From Nitrosospira multiformis (lineage in GTDB: Bacteria > Pseudomonadota > Gammaproteobacteria > Burkholderiales > Nitrosomonadaceae): a DNA stretch of 32,000 bases. The stretch is from contig NZ_FNKY01000001.1 in assembly GCF_900103165.1 (NCBI RefSeq), forward strand, positions 3,442,981 to 3,474,980, read 5' to 3'. Positions 7,976-16,819 of the stretch are shown in pieces. Position 1 is the first letter of the stretch; each line of letters starts with the position of its first letter. The notes under the pieces are model-generated. The model was not told the DNA's origin and did no database searches. It saw nothing but the letters and a program-made list of their open reading frames with translations. The position numbers and the translations under genes are program-made.

Positions 7976-8449
7976 TTATTTCTTTTCCTCTTCTGGCATG
8001 GGAATAACCAGATTCGGCCATCCCTTAAGATGATTTTCGAACCATAGGCAATACTGACCAAATTCATCCTTACCCGCGTGTAACGTAAAGCCCCCCATTT
8101 CCTCGCTACCATCAATAATGCCAGCACGCATACTCTCGGCGAACTCTTCGTCATTCATCATTGCTGAGTAACGCAACAATGGATGCCCTTCTGCAATGCT
8201 GTCGAGCGTTGTAGAGCGTTCAGCAAGAGTAGTTTCGAGAAGCATCGTATCCATTGCCGCAGCACGAATGACAGCAGTCCTATTGTCTGCATTGGGATGT
8301 TTCTCTAATTGTTCTCGCACCCATTCAGGCCATTTGCGTTTTTGCTGCCCAGCTATCCACTCAACGGCCTGCCAGGTCGCAGGATCAAGGCGAATTCCTG
8401 TGCGATGTCCGTTGGCTAGTTCAAGAGTTCTCATACGCAGCTCAGTCAT
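7976..8449 (-). CDS. ribbon-helix-helix-like (RHH_4-type) domain protein, hypothetical
   Basis: The track ORF extends to 8554, but ATG 8449 has AAGGA 7 nt upstream. The N-terminus MTELRMRTLELANGHRTGIRLDPATWQAVEWIAGQQKRKWPEWVREQL resembles the RHH_4 pattern (H-R-T-S-I-x-L-E..FW.AL.EIA) as I remember it. The C-terminal ~90 aa are unknown. Confidence 0.55.
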   Translation of the reverse strand: MTELRMRTLELANGHRTGIRLDPATWQAVEWIAGQQKRKWPEWVREQLEKHPNADNRTAVIRAAAMDTMLLETTLAERSTTLDSIAEGHPLLRYSAMMNDEEFAESMRAGIIDGSEEMGGFTLHAGKDEFGQYCLWFENHLKGWPNLVIPMPEEEKK

Positions 8450-8516
8450 CTTTGTATCCTTTATCACATTATAGTTGCTATAATAGCATATTATCTGATT
8501 ATTTACAACATTGTTG

Positions 8517-8544
8517 TTGCTTCCCGCAGAATCTTTGTTATACT
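8517..8544 (+). promoter_or_regulatory. putative sigma70 promoter for the serine recombinase gene
   Basis: TTGCTT (8517-8522), a 16-nt spacer, then TATACT (8539-8544), about 48 nt upstream of ATG 8592. Sequence-pattern evidence only. Confidence 0.3.
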
Positions 8545-8591
8545 GACTACACATTAAACGTTCGTCTTTTTACGTAGTCAGCGAGAAAATC

Positions 8592-9272
8592 ATGGCAAAT
8601 GGCAAATTCGTTGCTTATTACCGGGTAAGCACTCAAAAGCAAGGTCAAAGCGGTTTGGGGCTTGAGGCGCAACAAGCCTCAGTGGCGGCTTACCTGAACG
8701 GTGGCGCGTGGCAATTGATTAATGAGTTTGTTGAGGTAGAAACTGGCAAGGGAGCAAATGCGCTTGATAAACGTCCGAAGCTTCGCGCCGCGCTTGATAT
8801 TTGCCGCAAGCAAGGAGCTACCCTACTTATTGCGAAGCTAGACCGGCTGGCTCGTAACGTTCATTTTGTTTCTGGCTTGCTTGAAACCGGGTGCGACTTT
8901 GTTGCAGCGGATATGCCGCAAGCGAACAAGGTCATGATTCAGATGCACGCGGTTATGTCTGAATGGGAACGCGATCAAATCAGTTTTCGCACGAAAGCCG
9001 CCCTTGCTGCTGCTAAGGCTCGTGGTGTAAAGCTTGGGTTTGCTGGTTCCTCGAATCTCGAACGTAATATCGAAGAGCGAAGGACTGCCGCTAATACTTT
9101 CGCGGCAAAACTAGCGGGAGTAATTCAGGGATTTAGAGCAACCGGCTTATCACAGCGCGCAATGGTGGCACAACTGAATCAGATTGGTATCCGCACTGCG
9201 AAAGGAGGGGAGTGGTCTCTGATTCAGCTTCAAAGAGTCCTAGAACGAATAAAACCTTGCATCGAGAAATAA
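8592..9272 (+). CDS. small serine recombinase (resolvase/invertase family)
   Basis: The N-terminus FVAYYRVSTQKQGQSGLGLEAQ contains the catalytic Ser motif (Y-x-R-V-S-T). LLIAKLDRLARN and MSEWERDQISFRTKAAL match the resolvase catalytic domain. Confidence 0.9.
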   Translation: MANGKFVAYYRVSTQKQGQSGLGLEAQQASVAAYLNGGAWQLINEFVEVETGKGANALDKRPKLRAALDICRKQGATLLIAKLDRLARNVHFVSGLLETGCDFVAADMPQANKVMIQMHAVMSEWERDQISFRTKAALAAAKARGVKLGFAGSSNLERNIEERRTAANTFAAKLAGVIQGFRATGLSQRAMVAQLNQIGIRTAKGGEWSLIQLQRVLERIKPCIEK

Positions 9273-9353
9273 TCTACAGTAATCGTGACTTTGTCTGACA
9301 ATTACCGGATTTTTGTGTGTAAATCAACATATATAACTAAATGGCATACTTAC

Positions 9354-10994
9354 TCAGCTTACCGATGCAATTCCCAATCTTGCCCACAGCATTGGATGAA
9401 CATGAACTACAGATGAAGGTTTAATCTGCCCATCTGTAGGAACTCGTTCGCTGAGGTAGTTCCATAACACTGCTGTGTGACTGTCTGGCTTAATCCCAAA
9501 AACACCAATATTAAAAAAAACTTTTGTCAAACTGATAATAAAATTATGAAGGCTTTGATTATTTAAATACGCATATCCAGCTCGAATTATGGGATCTTTA
9601 TCATTCTTCCCATCGCATGCATATTTCAATACAAATTCGTCCACTCTAGTAGCCGTAATTAATGAAAGCTTAAATTGTGACGGCATTTTCTCAATAATGG
9701 AAAAGTAAGTATCTAGCTTCGGATAATGATTTATCCATTCATACTTCAAAGCATCGATACGCTCAGCGGAATATTCCATTTCACATTCTTTTATGTTTTT
9801 AGCTGCAATACCTTCTCTCCCCTGCGCTCGTATAAGACACAAATTTACAAAAGCTATAGCATCTCTAGGTCTAAATAAAGTCCGTCCTAGCAAATAATCA
9901 TAAAATTCGGTCTTATCAATTCTCTCGGGAAATAATTTCTTCAATGCAATGGGTTGAGACGTAAATGGCTCACAAACAAACTTAACTACCCTTTTATTGA
10001 TTAAGTTAACTAAATTAGACTTCTGCCAACGTATATTTAGAAACAGAGATTTATATTTTTCTTCTTGAAATCCGGCATCTCTGGTGTGATCAAATACTTG
10101 TTGAATTAGATCTTGTCGCAAGGCGATAATAATTTTTACCGAAGGAATCACTCTAAAACTTTTAATGGTTTCTATTAATGCGCGTATTAGTCGATATCTA
10201 ATATCGGAATCTATCCAGGTTTCATCTAATTTATCTATAACGATATAGCGTTTTTCCTGTGGATCATCAAAAATATCTTCAGCCAATAATTTCATGACAT
10301 CAGATAATGCTTTTATCTGAATACTATTCACGATATTTTGAGCCTTATGAACGTATTCAGATTTCACTTCCACGGAATTAGATTGTCTTATACCTGCTTC
10401 TAACTCTAGAACGCCATAATCTGCGCCCATTTGGCTTTTTATATCATTTTCAAGTTTTTGTGTAACCTCTACGATTCTGTATTCAGTCTCTTTCCAAAAT
10501 TTATCTCCCCACTCTCTGAGATAGGTTAATGCTCTCTCTTTTGCTTGATCTTCCTTCTTCAGAATTAAAAGAAGCTTACTGATCCAACTCTTTGTCTTTT
10601 CTTCTGTTACTAAATCATATTTTGATTTAAGCAGCTCAACAGCGAAAACATGCTTCCATAATAAAATATAAAAAATGTCCAGTTTCACACCCGCATTCTC
10701 TAAAGTCCTAATAAAATCAGAGTTTGAAATATAATTTAAAGATAGGTCTGCGGGCTGGATTTCTATTACGTTGTCTTCGATCTGTTTCAAACGATATATA
10801 AGAGCACTTTTTCCCACACCTGTTCTACCGATTATTATTCGTTGGGAGCTTTCTAGGTCAACAAGAGTTTCGTAATCGCCCGTGTTAATAAAACATTCCG
10901 ATAAATATTTTCCGTCAGATTCTGCTTCAGGTTCACCTATAGAGATGCCTCTTCGAATTCTAAAACTTTCACCTACATTATTGTTATTCCCCAT
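9354..10994 (-). CDS. orphan P-loop NTPase (AAA+/STAND-like), function unknown
   Basis: 546-aa ORF. Walker A is GRTGVGKS (residues 56-63, nt 10806-10829). Walker B-like is YIVIDKLDE (residues 250-258). IIIALRQD and LFRPRDAIAFV resemble sensor regions, and a ~250-aa helical C-terminus follows. The gene is very AT-rich. I recognise no nuclease or other effector domain. Confidence 0.85.
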   Translation of the reverse strand: MGNNNNVGESFRIRRGISIGEPEAESDGKYLSECFINTGDYETLVDLESSQRIIIGRTGVGKSALIYRLKQIEDNVIEIQPADLSLNYISNSDFIRTLENAGVKLDIFYILLWKHVFAVELLKSKYDLVTEEKTKSWISKLLLILKKEDQAKERALTYLREWGDKFWKETEYRIVEVTQKLENDIKSQMGADYGVLELEAGIRQSNSVEVKSEYVHKAQNIVNSIQIKALSDVMKLLAEDIFDDPQEKRYIVIDKLDETWIDSDIRYRLIRALIETIKSFRVIPSVKIIIALRQDLIQQVFDHTRDAGFQEEKYKSLFLNIRWQKSNLVNLINKRVVKFVCEPFTSQPIALKKLFPERIDKTEFYDYLLGRTLFRPRDAIAFVNLCLIRAQGREGIAAKNIKECEMEYSAERIDALKYEWINHYPKLDTYFSIIEKMPSQFKLSLITATRVDEFVLKYACDGKNDKDPIIRAGYAYLNNQSLHNFIISLTKVFFNIGVFGIKPDSHTAVLWNYLSERVPTDGQIKPSSVVHVHPMLWARLGIASVS

Positions 10995-11079
10995 ACACCG
11001 AACCCCATTTTAGATGCTATGACATAAAAATCAATTACCGTTTTTCCGAGATGCCTTCCCCAGAGTTTTGTTCTTTTGC

Positions 11080-12588
11080 CTATTCATGAGTTCTACCCAA
11101 ATTCAGCATGTGCAAGTGCGATAAATTCAGCCCCCGAAAATCAATACGATTTAACTCAACGGCAAGCTCGGGGATAAGAAGTTCACCATATTCGTCATGA
11201 GCATCTTTACGGCTTCCGCCCACATGTCCCACTAACGCTCGCTCATAGTCTTCTCGGAAACGTAACCGCTTACATTCCGTAATAAAAAGGTGCCGAAAGC
11301 TGTGTGCTGGGCTTATGCGCTTGTCTGTTATCCCGATGGTCTGACGAATATACCGCCCCCACCAGTCCCCCCACTTTGCGCCATATTGCTCACGCTTATT
11401 CGGTTTCAATAAAGGAAAAAGCTGGCCTCCCCCAGCTTCAGCCTGCTTCTTTACAAAAGCCAGAAAACCCATCTTTATGAGTTCATTATGTATAGGAACT
11501 GCCCGCTGTGATTCATCAGTTTTCAACCGCCCATCGTCATCAATGGGGTTAATAAGCAAGTGTGAGATTCCGTCCGATTCCTTTACTCGCTCGGTAGTCA
11601 ATTGGCAAATCTCTTCCCGCCTCGCCCCTGTGAATAGCATTAGCAATGGAATCCAATACGCGGCTTCCCCCTTTGCAGCTATTGGCCGTTCCCCATTCAA
11701 AAAAACGGGAGAATTAAATATTTTCTTACATTCCTCCGGCGTGTAAGAGCGGACTTTCTTTCCTTTTAAAGCCGGGAGCATTATTCCTTTTGCTGGGTTC
11801 AAGACTATCCATTCTTCATGCTCAGCAATGGTGAGTAATGCCCTAATTGCGCCGTGCTCTTTTTCGATGCTCTTCGAACTCAACCCTTCGCTTTTTAACC
11901 ATTCAATATATTCCCGCATGTGCCGCTTTTCGATTGTTTCCGCGTATAGCTCTGGAAAATGACCTTCAAACCGCTTAACGGCAGCCTGATATATTTCAAC
12001 AGTGGCAAGAGCTGGATTTTTCAAGCGAATCCATGCCGGAACTATCTCTGATAGCCTATGCCATATTACCCTCTTTGGTTTAACCTGCGGCAATGGGCTT
12101 TCCTGCGCCACTGCTGAGCCTTGCTTATTTGCTATAGGGATAGATACCCCTCCAGCGCGTGAACTCGCCAGAGCGCGTTTAAATGCGTCGTTCTCAGCTT
12201 TGAGCTTTACTTGTTTGATTTCTCTTAGATGAGCGAGCTTCTGTTCAATTAGTGCGCCTTCACCCTGCTCTTTCTCTTGGATAAGACGCATTCTTTTCTT
12301 AACCTCGATTAGGACGTCTCGCTGTTTATTATCGTTGGCTTCAGACATGCTTGTTTTTAAGTTATTAAATAGGTGCTTAGCGGTTGCAGCGAGGCTTAGC
12401 GCCAATGGAACAGCAATATTTTTGTCGGTTGTGTGAAGGGATTTTATAAATTCCCGCTTGCCGATGATTGCAAGGAGGTCGGAAGGAACCGCGATGCGAA
12501 AGGAAAAAGTATCGCCTCGCCTTTGAAGATAACGGGTATGGTTAGACATTGACCAGTAGGCGTGCTCTGTAGCACTTTTATGTAGCAA
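11080..12588 (-). CDS. tyrosine-type site-specific integrase
   Basis: The C-terminal catalytic region carries ...LLMLFTGARREEICQL..., ...HSFRHLFITE... and ...LVGHVGG...Y (the R, H-x-x-R, H and Y residues). The N-terminus YLQRRGDTFSFRIAVPSDL is typical of island integrases. The likely start is ATG 12549 (MSNHTRYLQRRG). It lies 60-100 nt from the tRNA 3' end. Confidence 0.9.
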   Translation of the reverse strand: MLHKSATEHAYWSMSNHTRYLQRRGDTFSFRIAVPSDLLAIIGKREFIKSLHTTDKNIAVPLALSLAATAKHLFNNLKTSMSEANDNKQRDVLIEVKKRMRLIQEKEQGEGALIEQKLAHLREIKQVKLKAENDAFKRALASSRAGGVSIPIANKQGSAVAQESPLPQVKPKRVIWHRLSEIVPAWIRLKNPALATVEIYQAAVKRFEGHFPELYAETIEKRHMREYIEWLKSEGLSSKSIEKEHGAIRALLTIAEHEEWIVLNPAKGIMLPALKGKKVRSYTPEECKKIFNSPVFLNGERPIAAKGEAAYWIPLLMLFTGARREEICQLTTERVKESDGISHLLINPIDDDGRLKTDESQRAVPIHNELIKMGFLAFVKKQAEAGGGQLFPLLKPNKREQYGAKWGDWWGRYIRQTIGITDKRISPAHSFRHLFITECKRLRFREDYERALVGHVGGSRKDAHDEYGELLIPELAVELNRIDFRGLNLSHLHMLNLGRTHE

Positions 12589-12647
12589 ATCATAAAAAAC
12601 CTACGGATAATCAATTAACTATTGAGGACTCAATAGCTTAGAGTGAT

Positions 12648-12740
12648 TGGCGGAGAGGGTGGGATTCGAACCCACGTGCCAGGTTACCCTGACCATCTGA
12701 TTTCGAGTCAGCGCCGTTATGGCCACTTCGGTACCTCTCC
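12648..12740 (-). tRNA. tRNA-Ser (anticodon CGA), class II with long variable arm
   Basis: The reverse complement reads GGAGAGGTACCGAAGTGGCCATAACGGCGCTGACTCGAAATCAGATGGTCAGGGTAACCTGGCACGTGGGTTCGAATCCCACCCTCTCCGCCA. Elements: 7-bp acceptor stem GGAGAGG/CCTCTCC, anticodon loop CTCGAAA, variable-arm hairpin CAGG-GTAA-CCTG, T-arm GTGGG-TTCGAAT-CCCAC, and an encoded CCA. Confidence 0.9.
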
Positions 12741-12812
12741 ATTACGCGGTGGGTATTTTACCAGTTTATCCCGCGTTTATCTTGCGCTCGTTCAGCGCAA
12801 AAACATGGCAGA

Positions 12813-14237
12813 ATGCTCCTGTATTCCGCCCGCCTCTCATCCATGCGCGACTTCCCCCTCCCGTTTGTTATTCCTATTGTTTGCGGCCTCATGCTTGCCG
12901 CCTGCGATTCGTTTGAGAAGCCGGTGTTACCGTTCGACAAAACCGATGAGCTGGTGGTCATTACCGTTAACAGCCCTGATACTTATTATGAGGATGCGGA
13001 AGGCCGCTATGCCGGACTGGAGTTTGATCTCGCTTCAGAATTCGCGCGAGACCTGGGCATGAACGTGAAATTCAGGATTGCGCCCAGAATGGATCAGGTA
13101 TTGGCAAAGCTGGAGGAGCATAAAGGGCATTTCGCCGCCGGTTTAAGCATTAGCACCAAGCATGAACTGCACGCTCATTTTGGCCCGATCTATCAGACCA
13201 TACAACCTCAGGTGGCCTACAATACCGACTACCGCAGGCCCAAGAGTATCCGTCAACTTGTGGGAAGAACCATCGAGATCGCAAGCGGCACCACCTACGC
13301 TGAGCAACTCAATAAAGCGATGCAGCAAGCCCCGGGCCTGAAATGGAGCGAAGTGGATATCACGAGTGAAGATCTGCTGGCAAAACTCGCGGAAGGCAAA
13401 ATCGACCATGTGGTAGCCGACTCCACGCAAATAAGTCAAGCCAAGAATTTCTACCCCAATCTGGATGCCGCCTTCGATTTGGGCGAACCCGTGGGTAAGG
13501 CGTGGGCGTTTTCACCCTACGCGGAGCGGGAGTTATTGGAAAAGACGCAAAAGTTTTTTAGCCGGATCGAGCGGGATGGCACCTTGATGCGTCTGGTGGA
13601 CCGGTATTACGGTCATATCCAGCGGCTTGAACAAGCAGATGTGAGTGGCATTCTGAAAAAAAGGCGCACGCTGCTACCGGATTTGCGCGAACATTTTCAC
13701 GAGGCCGAGGAGGTAACGGGGATCGACTGGCGCCTGATAGCGGCATTGGCGTATCAGGAATCCCACTGGAACCACTTCGCGGTTTCACCCGCCAATGTAC
13801 GGGGCATCATGATGTTAACAGAGACGACCGCCGACCGGATGAAAGTAACCGATCGGCTGGACACTCGGCAGAATATACTTGCTGGTGCGCGTTACCTGCG
13901 ATTACTCAAGGACAGGTTACCGACACGGATTCTGGAACCCGATCGCACCTGGATTGCGCTGGCGGCATATAATCAGGGATCCAGCCATATCGAAGATGCA
14001 CGCATTCTGGCACAACGCCTGGGGTTGAACCCGGATTCATGGGTGGATCTGAAAAAGACATTGCCGCTATTGAGCCTCAGCCAGTACTTCCAAAATTTGA
14101 AACACGGCTATGCGCGAGGCGGCGAAGCGGTGATCCTGACAGAATCCGTACGGACGTATCACAACATTCTGCTGAAATATGAACGTCCGCATTCCTGGGG
14201 ATTTCCGATCGCCGATGAAATTGACTCGCCATCCTGA
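12813..14237 (+). CDS. mltF: membrane-bound lytic murein transglycosylase F-like (periplasmic-binding domain + SLT domain)
   Basis: The N-terminal half resembles a family-3 solute-binding fold. The C-terminal half has the SLT catalytic pattern AYQESHWNHFAVSPANVRGIMMLTETTA and AAYNQG. The alternative start ATG 12843 gives MRDFPLPFVIPIVCGLMLAAC, with a lipobox. Confidence 0.85.
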   Translation: MLLYSARLSSMRDFPLPFVIPIVCGLMLAACDSFEKPVLPFDKTDELVVITVNSPDTYYEDAEGRYAGLEFDLASEFARDLGMNVKFRIAPRMDQVLAKLEEHKGHFAAGLSISTKHELHAHFGPIYQTIQPQVAYNTDYRRPKSIRQLVGRTIEIASGTTYAEQLNKAMQQAPGLKWSEVDITSEDLLAKLAEGKIDHVVADSTQISQAKNFYPNLDAAFDLGEPVGKAWAFSPYAERELLEKTQKFFSRIERDGTLMRLVDRYYGHIQRLEQADVSGILKKRRTLLPDLREHFHEAEEVTGIDWRLIAALAYQESHWNHFAVSPANVRGIMMLTETTADRMKVTDRLDTRQNILAGARYLRLLKDRLPTRILEPDRTWIALAAYNQGSSHIEDARILAQRLGLNPDSWVDLKKTLPLLSLSQYFQNLKHGYARGGEAVILTESVRTYHNILLKYERPHSWGFPIADEIDSPS

Positions 14238-14312
14238 GAACGTCTAAGCAGGTCTCCTCGATCTTGCCAATTTGATGACATCGGCGCAATATGCTGGGTT
14301 TATTGACGCCCT

Positions 14313-14347
14313 GTCACATGTCACATGTCACATGTCACATGTCACAT
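14313..14347. repeat. perfect heptamer tandem repeat (GTCACAT) x5
   Basis: Read directly. It lies in the mltF-peroxiredoxin spacer, ~125 nt upstream of the peroxiredoxin ATG, and is flanked by TTGACG (14303-14308) and the palindrome ATGACG-ATCATG-CGTCAT (14348-14365). Confidence 0.9.
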
Positions 14348-14472
14348 ATGACGATCATGCGTCATCATCCACGCGCAAAATAATAATGGTTGAGTCATTG
14401 AAGCAGTCGGGCTATATTGAGGCTGGCAATTTATGACCCATTTCTAACCAACTTCAACTTAGGGAGGATGCC

Positions 14473-15111
14473 ATGACTTTACGCTTAAGCGATATTGCAC
14501 CTGATTTCGAGCAAGATTCCTCAATCGGCAAGATTAAATTTCATGAATGGATCGGAGATTCCTGGGCTGTGCTGTTTTCGCACCCCGCCGATTACACGCC
14601 AGTTTGCACGACAGAACTGGGGATGACTGCGAAACTTAAATCCGAATTCGACAAACGCAATGTTAAGGCGATCGGTTTATCGATTGATCCGGTGGAGAAG
14701 CATTCGGGATGGATCAAGGACATTGAGGAAACACAGAATTGCAACATCGGCTTCCCTATTGTTGCGGATGTGGATAGAAAGGTTGCGACCCTCTACGACA
14801 TGATTCATCCAAATCAATCTGAAACCATGACGGTCCGCTCGCTGTTCATCATCGATCCAAAAAAGAAAGTGCGCCTCATGATCACGTATCCCATGAGCAC
14901 CGGTCGAAATTTTGAGGAAATACTGCGCGTTCTCGATGCGCTACAACTGACCGATAATTATTCGGTGGCCACACCGGCCAATTGGAAAGATGGAGATGAC
15001 GTGATTATCCCGCTGACAATTCAGGACGAAGCAGTCATCAAGCAAAAATTCCCGAAAGGTTATGAGGCGCCGCGCCCATATCTACGCATCACGCCGCAGC
15101 CGAACAAATAG
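14473..15111 (+). CDS. 1-Cys peroxiredoxin (Prx6 type)
   Basis: WAVLFSHPADYTPVCTTELG contains the peroxidatic Cys motif (PxDFTPVCTTE). The 212-aa length and C-terminal region fit 1-Cys Prx. GGGAGGA lies 5 nt upstream of the ATG. Confidence 0.9.
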   Translation: MTLRLSDIAPDFEQDSSIGKIKFHEWIGDSWAVLFSHPADYTPVCTTELGMTAKLKSEFDKRNVKAIGLSIDPVEKHSGWIKDIEETQNCNIGFPIVADVDRKVATLYDMIHPNQSETMTVRSLFIIDPKKKVRLMITYPMSTGRNFEEILRVLDALQLTDNYSVATPANWKDGDDVIIPLTIQDEAVIKQKFPKGYEAPRPYLRITPQPNK

Positions 15112-15134
15112 AAGCCTGTTACTCGCTCGGAAAC

Positions 15135-15166
15135 AAAAAAGCGCCCAGGTTCCGGGGCGCTTTTTT
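15135..15166 (+). terminator. Rho-independent (potentially bidirectional) terminator after the peroxiredoxin gene
   Basis: AAAAAA-GCGCCC-aggttccg-GGGCGC-TTTTTT: a 6-bp GC stem flanked by an A-run and a T-run, 24 nt after the stop codon. Confidence 0.75.
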
Positions 15167-15379
15167 AGTAGGGCGTCCATAAGGGAAGCGCATTGCGCCG
15201 CATGTCTAGCAATGGCATTGAGAGATTTTCATATGGCTTAATGATCTGAAATTACATCCCAACGAATGTTCCAATAAAGTGGACGGCACTACTTCATACG
15301 GCGTAATGCGCTTCACTTATTAGCGCCCTACAGTTTTTATTTGTCGCAGGTGCCAGCGTGCTATGAATCAGCGTAAGTC

Positions 15380-16819
15380 TTACACTTTTTTACTTGCCGC
15401 GGGTTCGCCAGCGCGCAGATCTCCCTCCGGCTCGAACCACGCCAGTCTCTGGTGCAGCTTAACGACCTCGCCAACGATAATAAGAGTGGGGGGCGTGAGA
15501 TGGGCCGTTGCGGTCAGATCCGGAAGGGTTTCCAGCGTACCGGTCAGTACCTTCTGATTGCGGGTGCTCGCCTGCTGCACGATGGCCGCGGGCGTTGTAG
15601 TGGACAGGCCATGCGCGATCAGTTGCCGGCACAGTACAGGTAATCCAAGCAGCCCCATATAGATCACGATGGTCTGGTTTGGCCGTGCCAGCATGAGCCA
15701 ATCCAGATTGACGCTGCCGTCCTTGAGATGGCCGGTCACGAAAATGCAGGATTGGGCATAATCGCGATGGGTAAGCGGAATACCAGCATAGGATGCCGCC
15801 CCGGATGCGGCTGTAATGCCCGGCACCACCTGGAAAGGAATACCCTGGCCGGACAGCGTTTCGATTTCTTCACCGCCACGGCCGAATATAAAGGGGTCTC
15901 CTCCTTTCAGCCGCAGCACACGCTTGCCTTCTTTCGCCAGCCGCACGAGTAATTCGTTGATGGATTCCTGCGGCATGACATGCTTGCTGCGCTCCTTGCC
16001 GGCATAGATACGGGATGCATCGCGGCGCACCATGTCGAGGATCTCAGGCGACACCAGCCGGTCATACACGACCACATCCGCTTGCTGCATCAGGCGCATC
16101 GCGCGAAAAGTCAGCAACTCGGGATCTCCCGGCCCGGCCCCCACGAGATAAACCTCTCCCTGTACAGCTTCGTCCGCTTCGCTTTCCAGCGAACGCTCCA
16201 GGTAATCCTGTGCCGCCCGGTCCCGTCCGGCGAAGACCATCTCGGCAAATGGTCCCTGCAATGCTTTTTCCCAGAATATGCGCCGTTTCCCCGGATGCGA
16301 GAAATGCGATTTCACCCGCTCACGGAAACCTGCGGCATAAGCTGCAAGACGTCCATACGCCGCCGGTATCATGGTTTCCAGACGAGCCCGCAACAGCCTC
16401 GCCAATACCGGCGAGGTACCGCCACTTGAAACCGCGACCAGAACAGGGGAGCGGTCTACAATGGAAGGCATGATGAAGGAACAAAGCGCTGGATTGTCCA
16501 CGACATTGACAGGGATGTGCAATTGTCCGGCAGCTGCGGAAACCTCCCGGTTGACCGCTGTGTCGCCGGTAGCGGCAATAACCAGAACAGCATTGCCCAT
16601 ATGATCGGGACGAAAGGCTTCGGCGCGATGAGTGATTGCTCCCCGGGGAAGTTGTTCATGCAATTGCTCACTCAGTTCGGTACATAGCTCCGGCGCTATG
16701 ATTGTGATGTGAGCACCTGCGCGCAGCAGCAATGCAATCTTGCGCGCGGCGACTTCCCCGCCACCAACCACCAGGCAATTGCGATGTTTAATGTCAACGA
16801 AAATTGGCAGAAAATCCAT
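15380..16819 (-). CDS. cysG: siroheme synthase CysG (multifunctional: SUMT / precorrin-2 dehydrogenase / ferrochelatase)
   Basis: [36 protein letters not shown] is the CysG N-terminal NAD-binding domain. [15 protein letters not shown] and [13 protein letters not shown] are the uroporphyrinogen-III methyltransferase motifs. Confidence 0.95.
   Translation of the reverse strand: MDFLPIFVDIKHRNCLVVGGGEVAARKIALLLRAGAHITIIAPELCTELSEQLHEQLPRGAITHRAEAFRPDHMGNAVLVIAATGDTAVNREVSAAAGQLHIPVNVVDNPALCSFIMPSIVDRSPVLVAVSSGGTSPVLARLLRARLETMIPAAYGRLAAYAAGFRERVKSHFSHPGKRRIFWEKALQGPFAEMVFAGRDRAAQDYLERSLESEADEAVQGEVYLVGAGPGDPELLTFRAMRLMQQADVVVYDRLVSPEILDMVRRDASRIYAGKERSKHVMPQESINELLVRLAKEGKRVLRLKGGDPFIFGRGGEEIETLSGQGIPFQVVPGITAASGAASYAGIPLTHRDYAQSCIFVTGHLKDGSVNLDWLMLARPNQTIVIYMGLLGLPVLCRQLIAHGLSTTTPAAIVQQASTRNQKVLTGTLETLPDLTATAHLTPPTLIIVGEVVKLHQRLAWFEPEGDLRAGEPAASKKV

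Larger units (their letters stand above)
1729..12667. mobile_element. ~10.9 kb integrated genomic island at tRNA-Ser(CGA)
   Basis: 20-nt direct repeats at both ends. A tyrosine integrase gene lies directly next to the intact tRNA. Cargo is R-M genes, recombinases and orphan genes. The DNA is visibly more AT-rich than 12.8-23 kb: one 60-nt spot count inside the NTPase gene gave 18 G+C, versus 34 in scpB. Confidence 0.8.

Noticed and set aside
7954-8474. 66-aa minus-strand and 92-aa plus-strand ORFs overlapping the RHH-like gene, and the 35-codon N-terminal extension of that gene (8450-8554).
   Set aside because: The extension is an Asn/Tyr-rich translation of the AT-rich promoter spacer with no SD, whereas ATG 8449 has AAGGA upstream. 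The other ORFs overlap the better-supported frame.
12643-13062. 139-aa, 65-aa and 67-aa ORFs overlapping the tRNA-Ser gene and the mltF 5' end.
   Set aside because: The first begins inside the tRNA gene. All overlap better-supported features.
15363-16671. Numerous 60-150-aa ORFs overlapping cysG on both strands.
   Set aside because: All overlap the well-supported 479-aa CysG frame, and none has motifs or an SD.
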